Shown here: positions 24,331-37,522 of the stretch, piece after piece
How positions within the stretch are numbered: the stretch's first letter is position 1
How the letters are laid out: every line of letters begins with the position of its first letter
DNA from: Macrostomum lignano
Lineage: Eukaryota
DNA: 64,000 nucleotides
Direction: 5' to 3'
Assembly (NCBI GenBank): GCA_002269645.1
Contig: NIVC01000939.1
Location: 310,001 to 374,000, forward strand
Notes under the pieces: generated by a model
Databases searched by the model: none
Told to the model about the DNA's origin: nothing
The model's input: the letters and a program-made list of their open reading frames with translations, nothing else
Program-made: the position numbers and the translations under genes

Positions 24331-24628
24331 CATACATGCGCAACAGTCGGCCGAGTCGGCCGATTCGGCCGACCGATTTGGCGGCCAACCAAGGAAGTCG
24401 CAAAAATACCCACCCAAAAATTTACCTAAGTAGTAGTACTAAGTAGCTGACGAGGCATTTTGACTTAATAAGACAGTTATAGTTACTCCTGCCGTTTACC
24501 CAAAGTTGCGTTTATTTTGCTTTAGAGTTTTTTGATGTGTAAGTCGCATTTTTGGCCAAAAACTACGTCGCATTTTTGTTAAAACTAAGTCGCATGGCCG
24601 ACCGAATTTTGGAGGTTGCGCATGTATG
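24331..24628. mobile_element. 298-bp hAT MITE
   Basis: Perfect 14-bp TIR CATACATGCGCAAC and perfect 8-bp TSD AGTTACAT (24323-24330, 24629-24636). Same TIR as the hAT at 38594-44685. Confidence 0.93.
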
Positions 24629-25420
24629 AGTTACATACATGTGTGGGAAGTACATGTAGTGCAACCAGATATTTGGGCGGATACCAAAGAACCAATTGGT
24701 CGAGAATTATCCGAGTCTCTGCCAATGGGTTAGGGATTAGGGTTAGGATTAAGTCAGACTCACTGCGTGTCGCTTCATTCGTCACGAAAGTTGTAAGACT
24801 ATTGAAGACCAATTCGATCGCAAAGGCATGGATATTCCTGAACACAGACTGTGTCCAATGAAAGTTGCAACCGCGCAGATGATCCGAATTTCGGGAAACA
24901 CTTAGGTGCTGCCTTCCATGCTGCAGCCTTCCATACTTTAGATTCAAAGGAACTACTTGCTTAGATTTCGCATGTTCATGTATAATAGCCAAGGACTACT
25001 CAAAGGACCGGAAACCTCGTTTCTTAGAAAATTTTGGGAGGCGCAAGTGTTCGATCCGAGCATCAAACAAAAGATGCCCATCCCGTGGGGCGAAACGTGC
25101 CCAGCGAATGGCGAAAACAAAGAGGTTAATACAAACAGGCAAAGGCCGCGGGCAGGGTTCGCGCTCAGGACTCCGGGGCTCCGGCCGCTGGATCGCAGAA
25201 GTTCCTAACGCTGGAGGGGGTCAGAGCCCAGAACGGACACCAAAAAATGACGAACTTTTTCGTCATCGGTCACGTCCTTCATGCAGAGGACTAACTAGCT
25301 GTCCCGGAGCCCCGGAGGTAGATACGCAGAGAAAAGTTCGTTATTCACGAATAATACATAAAAATTATAAAATGAAATTCAAATGTCAACCCTGCCTAAC
25401 GCTCAGCAACAATTCATATT

Positions 25421-28400
25421 ACGCATTTGTTTCCCCATTGATATTCGCATTGATATTCAAATTTTAACAAAAGCAAAATACTAAAAGCAACCCGTAGCAT
25501 GAAACTTTACACAGAGTAAACTGCAACCGTGAAACGACTATTGGTCAAGTTTCAGCTCGATATGTAACTTTGGCTCTGAGCAGGAGCGATTTTCGATGTG
25601 TTCCATTTAAAATACACGTGATTCCAAAATTCATATTGATATTCGAGTACAGGTACTTCTGCTTCACCGATCTTGACGAAACTTTACACAGAGTAAACTG
25701 CAACCGTGAAACGACTATTGGTCAAGTTTCAGCTCGATATGTAACTTTGGCTCTGAGCAGGAGCGATTTTCGATGTGTTCCATTTAAAATACATGTGATT
25801 CCAAAATTCATATTGATATTCGAGTACAGGTACTTCTGCTTCACCGATCTTGACGAAACTTTACACAGAGTAAACTGCAACCGTGAAACGACTATTGGTC
25901 AAGTTTCAGCTCGATATGTAACTTTGGCTCTGAGCAGGAGCGATTTTCGATGTGTTCCATTTAAAATACATGTGATTCCAAAATTCGTATTGATATTCGA
26001 GTACAGGTACTTCTGCTTCACTGATCTTGACGAAACTTTACACAGAGCAGGCCAGCGTGCGCCGCGTCGACTTGAGCCTCGAGCGAGTCTATCAGCGTCC
26101 AGGTCTCGGCGTTGTATAACAGGACGGTCTCGATCACCGCCTGGAACAGCGCCGCCCTCTGGCGGTCCGGTAGGGCCTCGGACTGCAGGACTGACCTTAT
26201 AGAACGAAAGGCAGCCCAGGCAAGTCCTCGGCGACGCCGCAGATCCTCGCGGACGTCGGGAACCAGACCGCCGAGGTAGACGAACTGCTGACATCTTGGA
26301 AGCCCACTCGCCTGTCCGTCAGCGCCTCGGCAGAAGATTGCAGCCTCGGTGTCGTCCGGCACGCATAGCACGACGGTCTTCTGCGTGTTGACCACCAGGC
26401 CGACGCTCGCCGCAACGGCAACCAGCCTATCCAGCTGTCGTTGGGCGCCCTCGAGGGCGAGGTCATCGGCGTAGCCAAGCACGCTGAGCCGTCTCTCCGG
26501 TTGGCGTCGACCCACGCGTCGCCGCAGCAGGAAGCTGTCGTCGTTGGAAGGCAGAGCAGTCCGTAGCACCCAGTCAAGCACCAGAATAAATAGGAACGGC
26601 GCTAGCGTATCTCCCTGGAGCACCCCAGAGGATGTCTCGAAGAAATCCGATAGGCCGTCCGGTGTTGAGACAGCAGCCGTCGTGCCGTGGTACAGCGCCA
26701 TGACAGCAGAAATCAGCAGCTCTGGCACGTTGTACGCACGGAGCACCTCTGGGAGCGCGTCCCTCACGACCGAGTCGAAGGCCTTCCTGAAATCGACGAA
26801 GATTAGGATCAGGGTCAACTGGCGGATGCGCGCCTCCTCGATGACTCGCCGAAGAGCCAGGATCTGTGTCACTGTGCCGCGATGGGGCCGGAAACCGTTT
26901 TGCTCAGGCCACAGGTACGGGTCCAGCACAGTCTGTAACCGCGATAGCAGCATGCGGTTGAACAGCTTCGCGGCGCAGGACTGTAGGCAGATGCCTCGAT
27001 GCTCCTCGAGCTTGGTGGTGCCCGGCTTCTTTGGAATGGCGACGATGTGCGCCGTGGTCCATTCGTTTGGCGCCACCTCACCGGAAAGCACGCGGTTCAT
27101 CACTCTGGCGACCTCAGTGGCCACGCAGTGGATCCGCAGCGCCTCGGTGGGCACCTCGTCCGGACCAAGCGCTTTGCCGCCCGGCGACTGCCGAGCGAAC
27201 TTCACAACGTCGGCTGTGCTGACTGGGGCAACGTTGAAGCTCTCCTCCGCTGCAACGGCGTCTCCGGCGGCAGCCTCAGATTTTCTGGAAGCGGAGGGGG
27301 CGGCGCGTTGACAATGGCGGCGAAGAACTCGCGCAGCTCGTTCCTGCGCTCATCCGGAATGTCGCCTGCCTGGTTGAGCGCGATGCGCCGCTTTCGCCCC
27401 GTCAGAGTGTTGATGACGGACCAGGCCACGCGCCCTCTGGCATCGGGCCCTGCGGCAGAGACGGCTTGGATGGCGTCATCGACAGCGGACTGCTGCCGCT
27501 GCAGTTAGACAGCTGCCAGAGCCTCCTCCGCCTCGCCAGTTTGCCGCCCACTCAGACGGAGCCTCTCCAGATCTTCCCTCGCTTCGTCGATCGCGGGGTC
27601 GTCCTGCCAGACCGGCTGCCCGCGCTGGGCCGGTCGCATCAGCGGGACTGCTTGCTCCGCAGCGGCTCGAACTGCAGCGCTCACCTCCGCGTACTCGGCT
27701 CCTCCACGCTTGTCGCCCAGCGCAGTGACAAAGGCACCGGCAAAGCGACGCCGCGTCTCGGCGTCCCTGAGCGCGCGGTAGTAGCCCCGCGGTGGCCGCT
27801 TTGGCGGACGGTAGAGCGGGTCCCGAAGCCGAAGGTCGCAGATGAGCAGCCGATGGTCGGACCGCAGAGCCAGTGGCGTAATGGTGCGGCAGTTAGTGAC
27901 GCGGCGGCGCTCACGAAAGCGCACAAGCACGTGGTCGAGCTGTGCCAGCCTCCGCGTAGCGTTCCGGCCGCGCGCGTTCCGCCGCCTCCGCTTGCAGCCC
28001 ACAAGGTCGCGAGCCTGCCCGGTGACTTGCGGAATCTGGTGTTGGCCGACACCATGTCCTGTCTCTCCAGGATGTCCTCTAGCGCTCCGGTGTTGCCGTT
28101 CTCGCGCGCTGTCACAAACAGCGATCGCTCGGACCTACGCAGAACTGCGTTCAGGTCTCCGAGAATGACCACTGTGTCACGTTGCGCCATCTCCTCCACC
28201 TACTCGAATATCAATACGAATTTTGGAATCACATGTATTTTAAATGGAACACATCGAAAATCGCTCCTGCTCAGAGCCAAAGTTACATATCGAGCTGAAA
28301 CTTGACCAATAGTCGTTTCACGGTTGCAGTTTACTCTGTGTAAAGTTTCGTCAAGATCGGTGAAGCAGAAGTACCTGTACTCGAATATCAATATGAATTT

Positions 28401-29314
28401 TGGAATCACATGTATTTTAAATGGAACACATCGAAAATCGCTCCTGCTCAGAGCCAAAGTTACGTATCGAGCTGAAACTTGACCAATAGTCGTTTCACGG
28501 TTGCAGTTTACTCTGTGTAAAGTTTCATCAGGCTCGGTGAAGCAGAAGTACCTGTACTCGAATATCAATATGAATTTTGGAATCACATGTATTTTAAATG
28601 GAACACATCGAAAATCGCTCCTGCTCAGAGCCAAAGTTACATATCGAGCTGAAACTTGACCAATAGTCGTTTCACGGTTGCAGTTTACTCTGTGTAAAGT
28701 TTCATCAGGCTCGGTGAAGCAGAAGTACCTGTACTCGAATATCAATATGAATTTTGGAATCACATGTATTTTAAATGGAACACATCGAAAATCGCTCCTG
28801 CTCAGAGCCAAAGTTACATATCGAGCTGAAACTTGACCAATAGTCGTTTCACGGTTGCAGTTTACTTTGTGTAAAGTTTCGTCAAGATCGGTGAAGCAGA
28901 AGTACCTGTACTCGAATATCAATATGAATTTTGGAATCACATGTATTTTAAATGGAACACATCGAAAATCGCTCCTGCTCAGAGCCAAAGTTACATATCG
29001 AGCTGAAACTTGACCAATAGTCGTTTCACGGTTGCAGTTTACTCTATGTAAAGTTTCGTCAAGATCGGTGAAGCAGAAGTACCTGTACTCGAATATCAAT
29101 ATGAATTTTGGAATCACATGTATTTTAAATGGAACACATCGAAAATCGCTCCTGCTCAGAGCCAAAGTTACATATCGAGCTGAAACTTGACCAATAGTCG
29201 TTTCACGGTTGCAGTTTACTCTGTGTAAAGTTTCATGCTACGGGTTGCTTTTAGTATTTTGCTTTTGTTAAAATTTGAATATCAATGCGAATATCAATGG
29301 GGAAACAAATGCGT
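25421..29314. mobile_element. Foldback-type DNA element with long modular TIRs (80-bp unique end plus 177-bp tandem units)
   Basis: 25421-25500 is the reverse complement of 29235-29314. The 177-bp units run + in 25501-26047 (~3.1 copies) and - in 28201-29234 (~5.8 copies). 8-bp TSD TTCATATT at 25413-25420 and 29315-29322. Confidence 0.88.
26048..28200 (-). mobile_element. RTE-clade LINE internal fragment (APE endonuclease plus RT), frameshifted, truncated at both ends
   Basis: APE motifs VILGDLNA, QLDHVLV and SDHRLL; RT motifs PEQNGFR, IFVDFRKAFDSV, GVLQGDTLAPFLF, LGYADD and ETVLLYNAETW. No 3' tail. Confidence 0.92.
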
Positions 29315-30632
29315 TTCATATTTCAATACGGCCTATATCACAAATAAATAAGTGCAGCAAAAAGGCTCAGATATCATGATACGGTGACATTATATCATGA
29401 TATTCTTAGCCAAGATGCTGCAACAATGGGCCTTTTTATATTGCTTGTTCTGGTTCCAGAACCAGAACCAATTTGTGAAGTATAACTTTTTGTCTCCATA
29501 ACTAGAGGGAGATACATAAACGAACGAAACTTGAAGATAGCCGATACTCAAGAATTATAAAGTTTTTATTATTGAATGACAATCGCCAAGAAGAAAGTAA
29601 AAAATAGCGTCGTTTTAAAAATTTAAGTGAAGCATAATTTTCCTCCACTCCAGTCCAGCATTACAGCCGTGTCCCACTCGTGAGGCCATTCTATCCTCGG
29701 AAAACACAGCCCATTCATACATGCAGCGGTGTAGGGGGCCTAGCGCTGCATGTATTTCTGACTTTATTTTACATTGTATTAAAAACATTTGCGCACGTAT
29801 GCACCAGCTGGTTCTATAAGCCACGGGTGATATTGGTAAACAAGTGTACAATTCAAATTCCATTTTACCTAGCTATTAAAATAAGCCTGCTATACCTACT
29901 ATGTAGCGTGTAGCTTAGGTAAAAATAAGAATTGGGTGAGAACTAGAATTAGATGAGAAAAGTTGATATAGGCTTTAATGACCAATGTAGTTCTAGTCTA
30001 GGAAGTTGCACATCTTACCTAGCTATATTATGTCTGATTTTATGGCCTACATGTTTTTTGACCTTAATATAAACTTTTACCACTTGCCAATTAGTTAGGC
30101 TTACAGATTTATTTATTGCTCTTTAGACTTTGGAATCATTTAAAATTTACAAAACTAGGCCTATCCAATTTTTTGCTTAGCCTAGGCCTAGGCAAAATGC
30201 ATATTTAAAAGCTTTCTAGGCTTTTAATGGCAATAGATAAAAACTACCTACCTAGTAATTTTTTACCTAATAGTAATACAAAGCCTTCTATTTCAAATCA
30301 TTGATTATTTTCTACTATTGACTAGTAGATTTAAGTCTAAAATATTTTCTTTTCTTTTGTGTTATAGAGCCTTTATGCTAGGGGCCTATATTAGAATAGG
30401 TTTTTTTTCTTAGGCCTAATATTAATAATAAAAGGAATCTTTTTCCTTGGATCTAAAATTCATTTGGTTTTTCTTTAATTTAATTAGCTTATATTTTTAT
30501 AAGACCTAAGCCTAGCCTAGTTTATAATATTTTATATTAAAATATTTTAATAATTTTTGTTGGGAATCAAAAGTAGGAATATAGAAGTAGAAATTGGGTA
30601 AAGTGGCTCGCTTGATGAAAGGTAGATAAATA

Positions 30633-30901
30633 AAATAAAGGTAAATATCAACATGAAGTTAGTTATTTTTTTATTTGAGTTGCCAATGCATTTTGTCCAT
30701 TTGCATTAGGACATCATCAGGGTCTTTATTTAAGAAACAATTTGAACAAATATTCAGTATATATAGATAGTTGAGAGTAACAATACTGAATATTCATTCA
30801 AATTGTTTCTTTAATAAAAAGACCCTAATGCAAATGGACGAAATGCATCGGCAACTCAAATAAATAAATAACTAACTTCATGTTGATATTTACCTTTATT
30901 T
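30633..30901. repeat. AT-rich palindrome (~125-bp arms, ~20-nt loop), MITE-like
   Basis: AAATAAAGGTAAATATCAACATGAAGTTAG... is mirrored by ...CTAACTTCATGTTGATATTTACCTTTATTT, with small indels. Confidence 0.85.
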
Positions 30902-33739
30902 ATAGAAGTAGAAGTTAGGCCTAGAATAAAAATCTTTTTGAAATAATTAGCCATAGTCTAATTAACTATAGACAAGTAGTATGAAGACGCATACGTCTTT
31001 TTGCCACCAGTGAACGGGCATCTTTTTAGATGTGGGTCTTCATACTACTTGATAAACCTAGTTTTGTACCAATGAAAAAAACTTTGAGAAGCTCAAAAAA
31101 TATAAATGTAAATCTCTAGTCTCTACTTCTCCCATTTTATCTGTCTGTCTGTTTGTTCTATTTCTCTCATCTCTAATCTCTCCAGTCTCCCCTCTCTCGC
31201 TTCTCTCTTGCCTTGTCTTTAATCTCCTTTTTTCTCTTCTCCCTTTATTCCCTTTCATTTCCTTCCTTATCTGGCCCGCAGCCATGAGGTGGATTCTTCT
31301 ATAATAGGCCCTCGATCTAAAAAATTGTCTAAAGTCTCCAGAGCATAGCAGCTAGCAGGGTTATACCACCCCATTAAGCTGGTTGTTTCGGTGCAAGATC
31401 CTCTTAGCATCAGCTTAAGTGAAGTGCTTGGAAAGCCAGGCCAGTTTTGTGGGACATAATACTCGTACTCTCAATCAGATAAATGAGATAGTAAGTACAC
31501 TTAAGATACCCTAAGCCTCTTCTCCAATGGGGTTGCAAAGAAAGCTAAAAATTAAGTCATTCCAAAACACTGTACATAGCTGCTTCATAAGTCATATCAC
31601 CTTACCTTTTAGTCTAGGTAGATTGTACACGTAGTGACTTGGAGCTTGCCACCCGCCAAACTTTGTACTGGGCTTGCAATTCAAATGTTCAGTTAAAGAG
31701 CTAAATTTAATACGAAATTCTAATCACATGATGCCAATTTATCAATCTAATTTTCCTTGGTCTATGCGTGAAGCAAATGAAGCTCTATTACACGCCCTCC
31801 CAACCAAGCTGCCAAGCCCTCTCACATTGCCACAACCCCTTGGAAGCGACAGTGTGTACATTATATGTACGATTAATTCCTTCCTTTTCCTTTCCTTTCT
31901 AACCAGCTTAATTCAACCCAACACCAAAGCCATGCAAGCAATCGCATGTAAATGCAGATTATGCAAAGTGGTATGCAGCTTAATGTGATGAATTTCGATG
32001 CAAAAAGGCATTTTTACCTGAAAAGAACATCAAATGGTTATGAAACTCTAGAAATTTGTTAAATTAACTATATAGAACACTGTGCATTGGTTTCAGTGCA
32101 AAGTTCCTACAATTTCCCGGTTTATTAGATTTGGAAGTAGCAAAAGTGTCAAAAATCAAGTTTTCAGTTTTTTATTGATAATTTTTTACCCAATGAACTG
32201 AATCCCTAGAAATTGCACACAAATATGCCTCGTTTTATGGGAAATCAGCCATCACAAAAATAATGCCGTCCTATTGCGTTATTTTGCCTGATTTCAAGCT
32301 AAATATTAAAAAATCACTACTCTGATCAATTTCCAATCACTTTCAATACTTGAGCACTTGTTGCAGACACTCAAAAACTTGGTAAATTTTAGCCAAACAT
32401 TAGTACAACTCATTGCAGTATCCGCATTTGATCTATCATTCTTTTAAAAATTTAATCACCTATTTTTCTGGCACCCAATCAGCCAAAAATCACAAATTAT
32501 TGATTTCTGATCGATTTTTCAACTCAAAAAACAGCAAAATCAGATGGCGGCAATTCAAACCAATATAGTACAGCAACTATGCTATAGAAATTCAAAGTCG
32601 GATTATTTGCACCATGTTCTCAAAATTATAATGAGCAATAATACAAAACTCATGTGATTTTTTGAAAAATCGATTCTTGTTGATTTTCTTAGCACTGCAC
32701 AATCGTAGGAAAACAAAACTTTCGACACTTGTAGATTTTTGCATTGTGCATCTAAATGCACTGCTTTGAAGCCAAAACTCAAAAAGCTTCGTAGGAAAAA
32801 ATGGGGAAATAAAAAAGTAGGGTCATTTTTTACCCAAAAAACCCACTTAAACTGAATAAAGATGTTGAAATAAATTAAAGCGCCATATACCATTTTGTAG
32901 GAAATTTAGTTTTACAACTTTGATCCTGAGATATCAAAGCCGTATCTTGTAAGGTGTACCAGAATTTTGAAATCTCCCAGAAGCACTTTTGAAAAAATAA
33001 TCTTTCCACTTAATTTATGGCTTTGGAATAAAATCTCTGCACTTAAAAGTATATTTATTTGATAGATCTAAAAGTTTTCTATTAATCAACACCTCCTCAA
33101 CTCAATTGGTGCAGTGGTTGCTAAACAGAAGCATTTTTTAGAGAAAAAACATGAAATTTCAAAATGCATGGGAGTCTAACTTATTTACTCGTAAATACTT
33201 TCTAGCCCATGTCGGCCTTCGGCTGCCATGGGTAGAAATTATTCACTTGCCCTCAGCCCCTGGTGGGGCCTCGGGTTCTCTCGCTCTTGCCTAACGCCGC
33301 CTTTGGCAGCGCCTTTGGAGCCTTTGGCGGCGCTAGGCTTGGCTCGTTCACTGGTAGAACTAGCTAATGGCTATTCATTGCCAGCTATAAAGTCATGATA
33401 TCCCTCTAGTTGTGACCTTTTCTTCCCCTCTAATGCTAGGCTCTAACTCTAACCTTTTTCTTTTTAGCCCTTATTCTCTTCTATAAAGCCTCATCTTCTT
33501 TTCCCTTTAGTACCACCTTTCTTTCTAGTCCCACAAAGTCAACTCATTTATTAGGACATGCAAGAATATGGAATAGTAAATATGTTTTATCTATATTTGT
33601 AGTGCTGATAATACAACATACAAGGATTAGGGGATTTGTAAAAGCTCATAAAGGGGATTTGTAAAAGAACCTCGTAAAAGGGGATTAGGGAAAATAGGAT
33701 CATGCTGAAATTTTACTTTGGGCATTTAAAAAAGAAAAA

Positions 33740-35083
33740 ATGACCTTATTCAACATGGGTCATTTGATATTCACTGGTAACTTTGATAACATTCTTTGTT
33801 TGTTCAAGAATTAGTGCAAAAGCTGTCAGCTCAACATTTGTTTACTTCTTGATAAATAATTGAATATTCACTCCACTCTTGACAAGAAACTCATCCTGAG
33901 CTGTTAGATCAAATCAAAAGATTGGATAGATGGTTAGAAAGTCTTGTCTATTGAATGGAGGAGTTACACTGAATGGGTGAATGTCTTGAGCTACTGGATC
34001 AATTTCAACATAATCATTCGGATACATCACCTGATTTAACCTGACTTGAAGCTGGGTTATTTTTACTGAATTTGTTCCAGTCTTGTAAGATACATACTTG
34101 TGATCATTAACTATATATGATAGGTTGTTTACATCATATTTGAAGGCTACAAAGATTGCAAGTGGCATATTGGAGATGTTGGCTATGTTCCATGTATATG
34201 GGCTTCCTTGAATGAGTTGTGGCGGAACTGTTATCCTCTCTGGAAATGATACTGTAATGTCCTTGTTAAGTGATTCTAGAAAAGCTGTTTCAGCACTGGG
34301 TGACAAAGTAATAGCAGGGATCCAAATCTCAAAGCTATTAATAGTTAACTTAGCTTCCGTCCCGGCAGCTCCAAAGAAAATTTCAGCATCGTTAGTCTTT
34401 CTTGTCCATGTAAATTTGTATTTAATTCCTTTGCTAATCTTCTGCCAATCAAGGAGCCCAATGTGGGGTGTTAATGATAGTTTGATTGTTCTACCTCTGT
34501 TTGGAGCATTAGTGATATTATTGTAGTTTTCAAGCCTCCTAATGTATCCAGTATTTGAATCTTTCTTATTAAGTCTATCTTTCATAGCAATTGCTGCAGT
34601 TCTCATAGCTGCTTCATTTGCATCATTTGCTAGAGGTATGTCAGAAACAGTTCCAGTATCTCCAGTGTCCGGAATCCAACCATATGCTTCTCCAACTTCA
34701 TTCATTAACTTTTACTACATTACAGACTTTAAGATTGTGTCATACTCTCCAGGATCATTGTAGACTTTCTTTGTTCCTCCAATGTCAACTATGAGTTGGG
34801 AGAAAAGTCTCATAGGCCAATTATGTTCTAGGGTGATATTCGTATTCAAGTCGATATTATCTCATTGTGTTATCTTGTATTTTATAAAACCAAATGCCTC
34901 TGACATGAGAATGTATGACTCAGTTGAATTTACTTCACGAACTATTTGTCCTCCTGCAACATTGAGATTATTAGTGCTACCTGGTGTTGGAGAAAATTTG
35001 ATATAATCATCTTTCTTTTTGAAAAAGCTAAAATTTTTATCTTCATATACATGTAGGTTCAGAATATCCTTTTGATTTTCCAT
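33740..35083 (-). pseudogene. Polinton/Maverick (adintovirus-like) double jelly-roll major capsid protein, disrupted
   Basis: Three joinable frames: ...PGSTNNLNVAGGQI... / ITLEHNWPMRLFSQ...YGWIPDT...LQVRLNQVMYP...TIYPIF / FDLTAQDE...FALILE. Motif order resembles Polinton PY/hexon proteins (recognised from memory). Confidence 0.75.
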
Positions 35084-35103
35084 TTTTATACAAGAAATTT
35101 CAA

Positions 35104-35559
35104 CTAGGCTTTGTGAGGTCTAAGAATTATCCCATTACCCTGTTTCTCCTTTTTAACTTTAAAAGTCTTTAGCAGCCACTTGACTGCTTTGCTGGGTATG
35201 GTACTTGTTCGACTCTTAGCTGCATCAACTAATACTCCACTCCCTTGAGCATTTTTCAACTCTTCTAGTTTTTGCCATTCAATGCTTTCTATTGTCTTAT
35301 TATGCTTAGCATTGTTGGCTGTATTAACACATTTTGCAATCATTGTACCAACTCTGGAGGCTACTCCGATACCACCCAAAATTGCTGGTAGTAAGCCTAA
35401 TAGAGGAATTATTCCACCTTCATGTTCTTTCTGTTTCTCTTGCAATTCTTGAATCTTCTCTTTAGAAAGATACTGCTTTTGTTTATTTACAGTAACATAT
35501 CTTGGTTTCCCCTCTCAAACATTTTGATTGAGTCTGGCTTCAGTATTTTTCTCGCTCAT
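35104..35559 (-). pseudogene. Polinton PZ-like protein (GGxxP Gly/hydrophobic motif), one internal stop
   Basis: EHEGGIIPLLGLLPAILGGIG...IAKCV...KHN...LEELK...GNGIILRPHK, directly upstream of the capsid gene. Confidence 0.55.
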
Positions 35560-35689
35560 TTTGCTGATCAGAATTTCTTCAAACCATTGCCTTGCTGCTG
35601 TTCCTGTTCCTAGAACATGCTGTTCCTAGAGCCTTTTTAACAATATTTTGAATAGCCTTATTTGATTGAGAAGCTATCTGTTGCTCTTC

Positions 35690-35989
35690 TTCTATTCTTT
35701 TCTTTGCTTCCTTTTCTCAGCATTTCTTTTTAATATATTCCAGTTCCTCACCTGCTTTAGACATGTCACTATATGATTTCTTTGCATCAAATATGTTCTT
35801 TGCTGTGGTAGCTGTTTTACCTATTGCATCAGCTCCACTCACAATTTTACTTCGATGATTTGATAAAAAGTTTGTGACACCACTGATCATATCACCAATT
35901 CCTTCACCCTCTTTATCAGCTAGTAGCTGTGAATCTGACGTTTCAATCTGACCCTTTGCTCGTTAGCAGTTTGTTCGGTAAGTGCTCAT
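35690..35989 (-). pseudogene. Small Polinton-associated ORF (GEGIGD motif), one internal stop
   Basis: MSTYRTNC*RAKGQIETSD...GEGIGDMISGVTNFL lies between the integrase and the PZ-like gene. Confidence 0.35.
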
Positions 35990-36479
35990 TTTTAGTTGCA
36001 AAATTTGCTAGTACTCGTAGAAGCTGGGATTTGTAAAATGATCCAATAATTTCTTCTCCATTCTCATCCTCGATAATGTAGGTTATTGGATTTGAGTAAA
36101 CTATTTTCTTTATCCTAAACACTTCTGAAAATTTCCAATAACCTCTTTGACCCTTTTCAAAGTGCTCCTTGTATATATATATATATGAACTTTGTCACCT
36201 ACTTTGAAGTTTGGTTTCTCATTTGAATACTCGAAGGAATGCTTTGGTACTTGCTCAGGATGTTTAGATGCTTCTAAAGGAGTTATCAGAATCTCAGAAT
36301 GGATTGTGTTGTTGTATTTTTCAACAATAGCTGGCAATATGTGGAGCCATTTCTGGTTTCCTTGTAGATCAAATTCAAACCAGAGTTTATTTGTGAGAAT
36401 ACAATTGAACCTCTCAATCATTGCATTCTTAGACTTGCCATAAATTAAAAATATCTTGTTTATATATTTACCCTTTTCA
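35990..36479 (-). pseudogene. Polinton retroviral-like integrase, C-terminal half
   Basis: MIERFNCIL...WLHILPAIVEKYNNTIHS...FKVGDKV, then after a frameshift NPITYIIEDENGEEIIGSFY. Confidence 0.85.
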
Positions 36480-37474
36480 TCCTCTTTAATACTAAAGTTG
36501 GTGCGATGTTTGTTTGTCTGTATGTTGCAATTTTTCTCCTAGACTACTTGCAACTCAGCGTTGAAACTTATATGGGTAAACTGCAAATTTTCCGGGTTGG
36601 GTTTATAGCTATTTTAATCTTTCATTTTCACATTTTAAGATCCCTAAAAAAGCAGAAATAATATAACAATAGGGAATATGATACACCTTGCGCAACTCTT
36701 AGTGATTGCGCCACAACAGCTGGCCTATCTGTGTAGTGTATTCTTTTACCTGGTAGCTTAAGGGGTGTAACCGGGCCAGTTGGCATCAATTTTTAGTGAT
36801 TACGCCATAACTTTCTCCTATCTCTGCAGTGTATTTTCTCTCCAGTGGGTGGCGCTCGCGTTCTAAGTGGCTGCGTGTGTACAATCGGACCCTGGCTCAG
36901 TCGCGGACTGTATATACCTGGTACAATTGCGCAATGATATGGCTACTGATAAGTTTTCCTGTCTCTCAATGGGCAGCCCTGTGTATTTGTTGGACATTGA
37001 AATTCAATGCATCAATTTGCAAGCAGGCAGTGAACATACACTTGATACTTCAATGCTATAAATCAGACAGTTTCAAACGCTAACTGCTCTTCGAGTTCTA
37101 AACTTTAAGAGAAGAGACTTATACTGCTGAATAGATCTTGCAACACTGAGTTGGAAGATATAAATTGTTTGCTTTAAATAGAAAGACTAAAAGCACAGCA
37201 TCAAAAAAACTATTTCCAGACTTTTAGCTTTCTGCAAAGATTGTACTCATTTTGGGGTTCAATGGGCGTTCGACCGACCCCCCAACAGTTGGGGGTTCAA
37301 TTTCTAACTGCTACTGCGTATTGAAAAGGAGTCAGTCGCTGTGTACTGGAGGGTTGATTTAGATTGCGCAATATTTTTGTTAACTTTAACTGAGACTAAT
37401 ACTGACTGACTGAGAAATCGGTTGCGCAATCAATTGGTTCAATTTTTTATTTGAACACGCAGCTGTGTTTAGGT

Positions 37475-37522
37475 CTAACCCTAACCCTAACCCTAACCCT
37501 AACCCTAACCCTAACCCTAACC
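37475..37522. repeat. Interstitial telomeric repeat (CTAACC)8
   Basis: Eight perfect TTAGGG-type units on the minus strand. Confidence 0.95.

Noticed and set aside
28200-29165. 321-aa and 210-aa ORFs with a 59-aa repeat as a real repeat protein
   Set aside because: They merely translate the 177-bp units of the foldback arms and have no proper start or termination context.
31285-33360. Possible retroelement or DNA-transposon remnants, including GC hairpins at ~33210-33345
   Set aside because: No recognisable protein motif, TIR pair or TSD was found by eye.
36480-36487. TCCTCTTT / TCCTTCTTT as a target-site duplication of the 19-kb insertion
   Set aside because: The match is imperfect, and the A|TC...CTAG|T junction restores the integrase frame with no duplication.
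37475-37522. Chromosome end or fusion site
   Set aside because: Only 8 units, inside the Helitron-like element; the opposing tract at 55683 is 18 kb away and degenerate.
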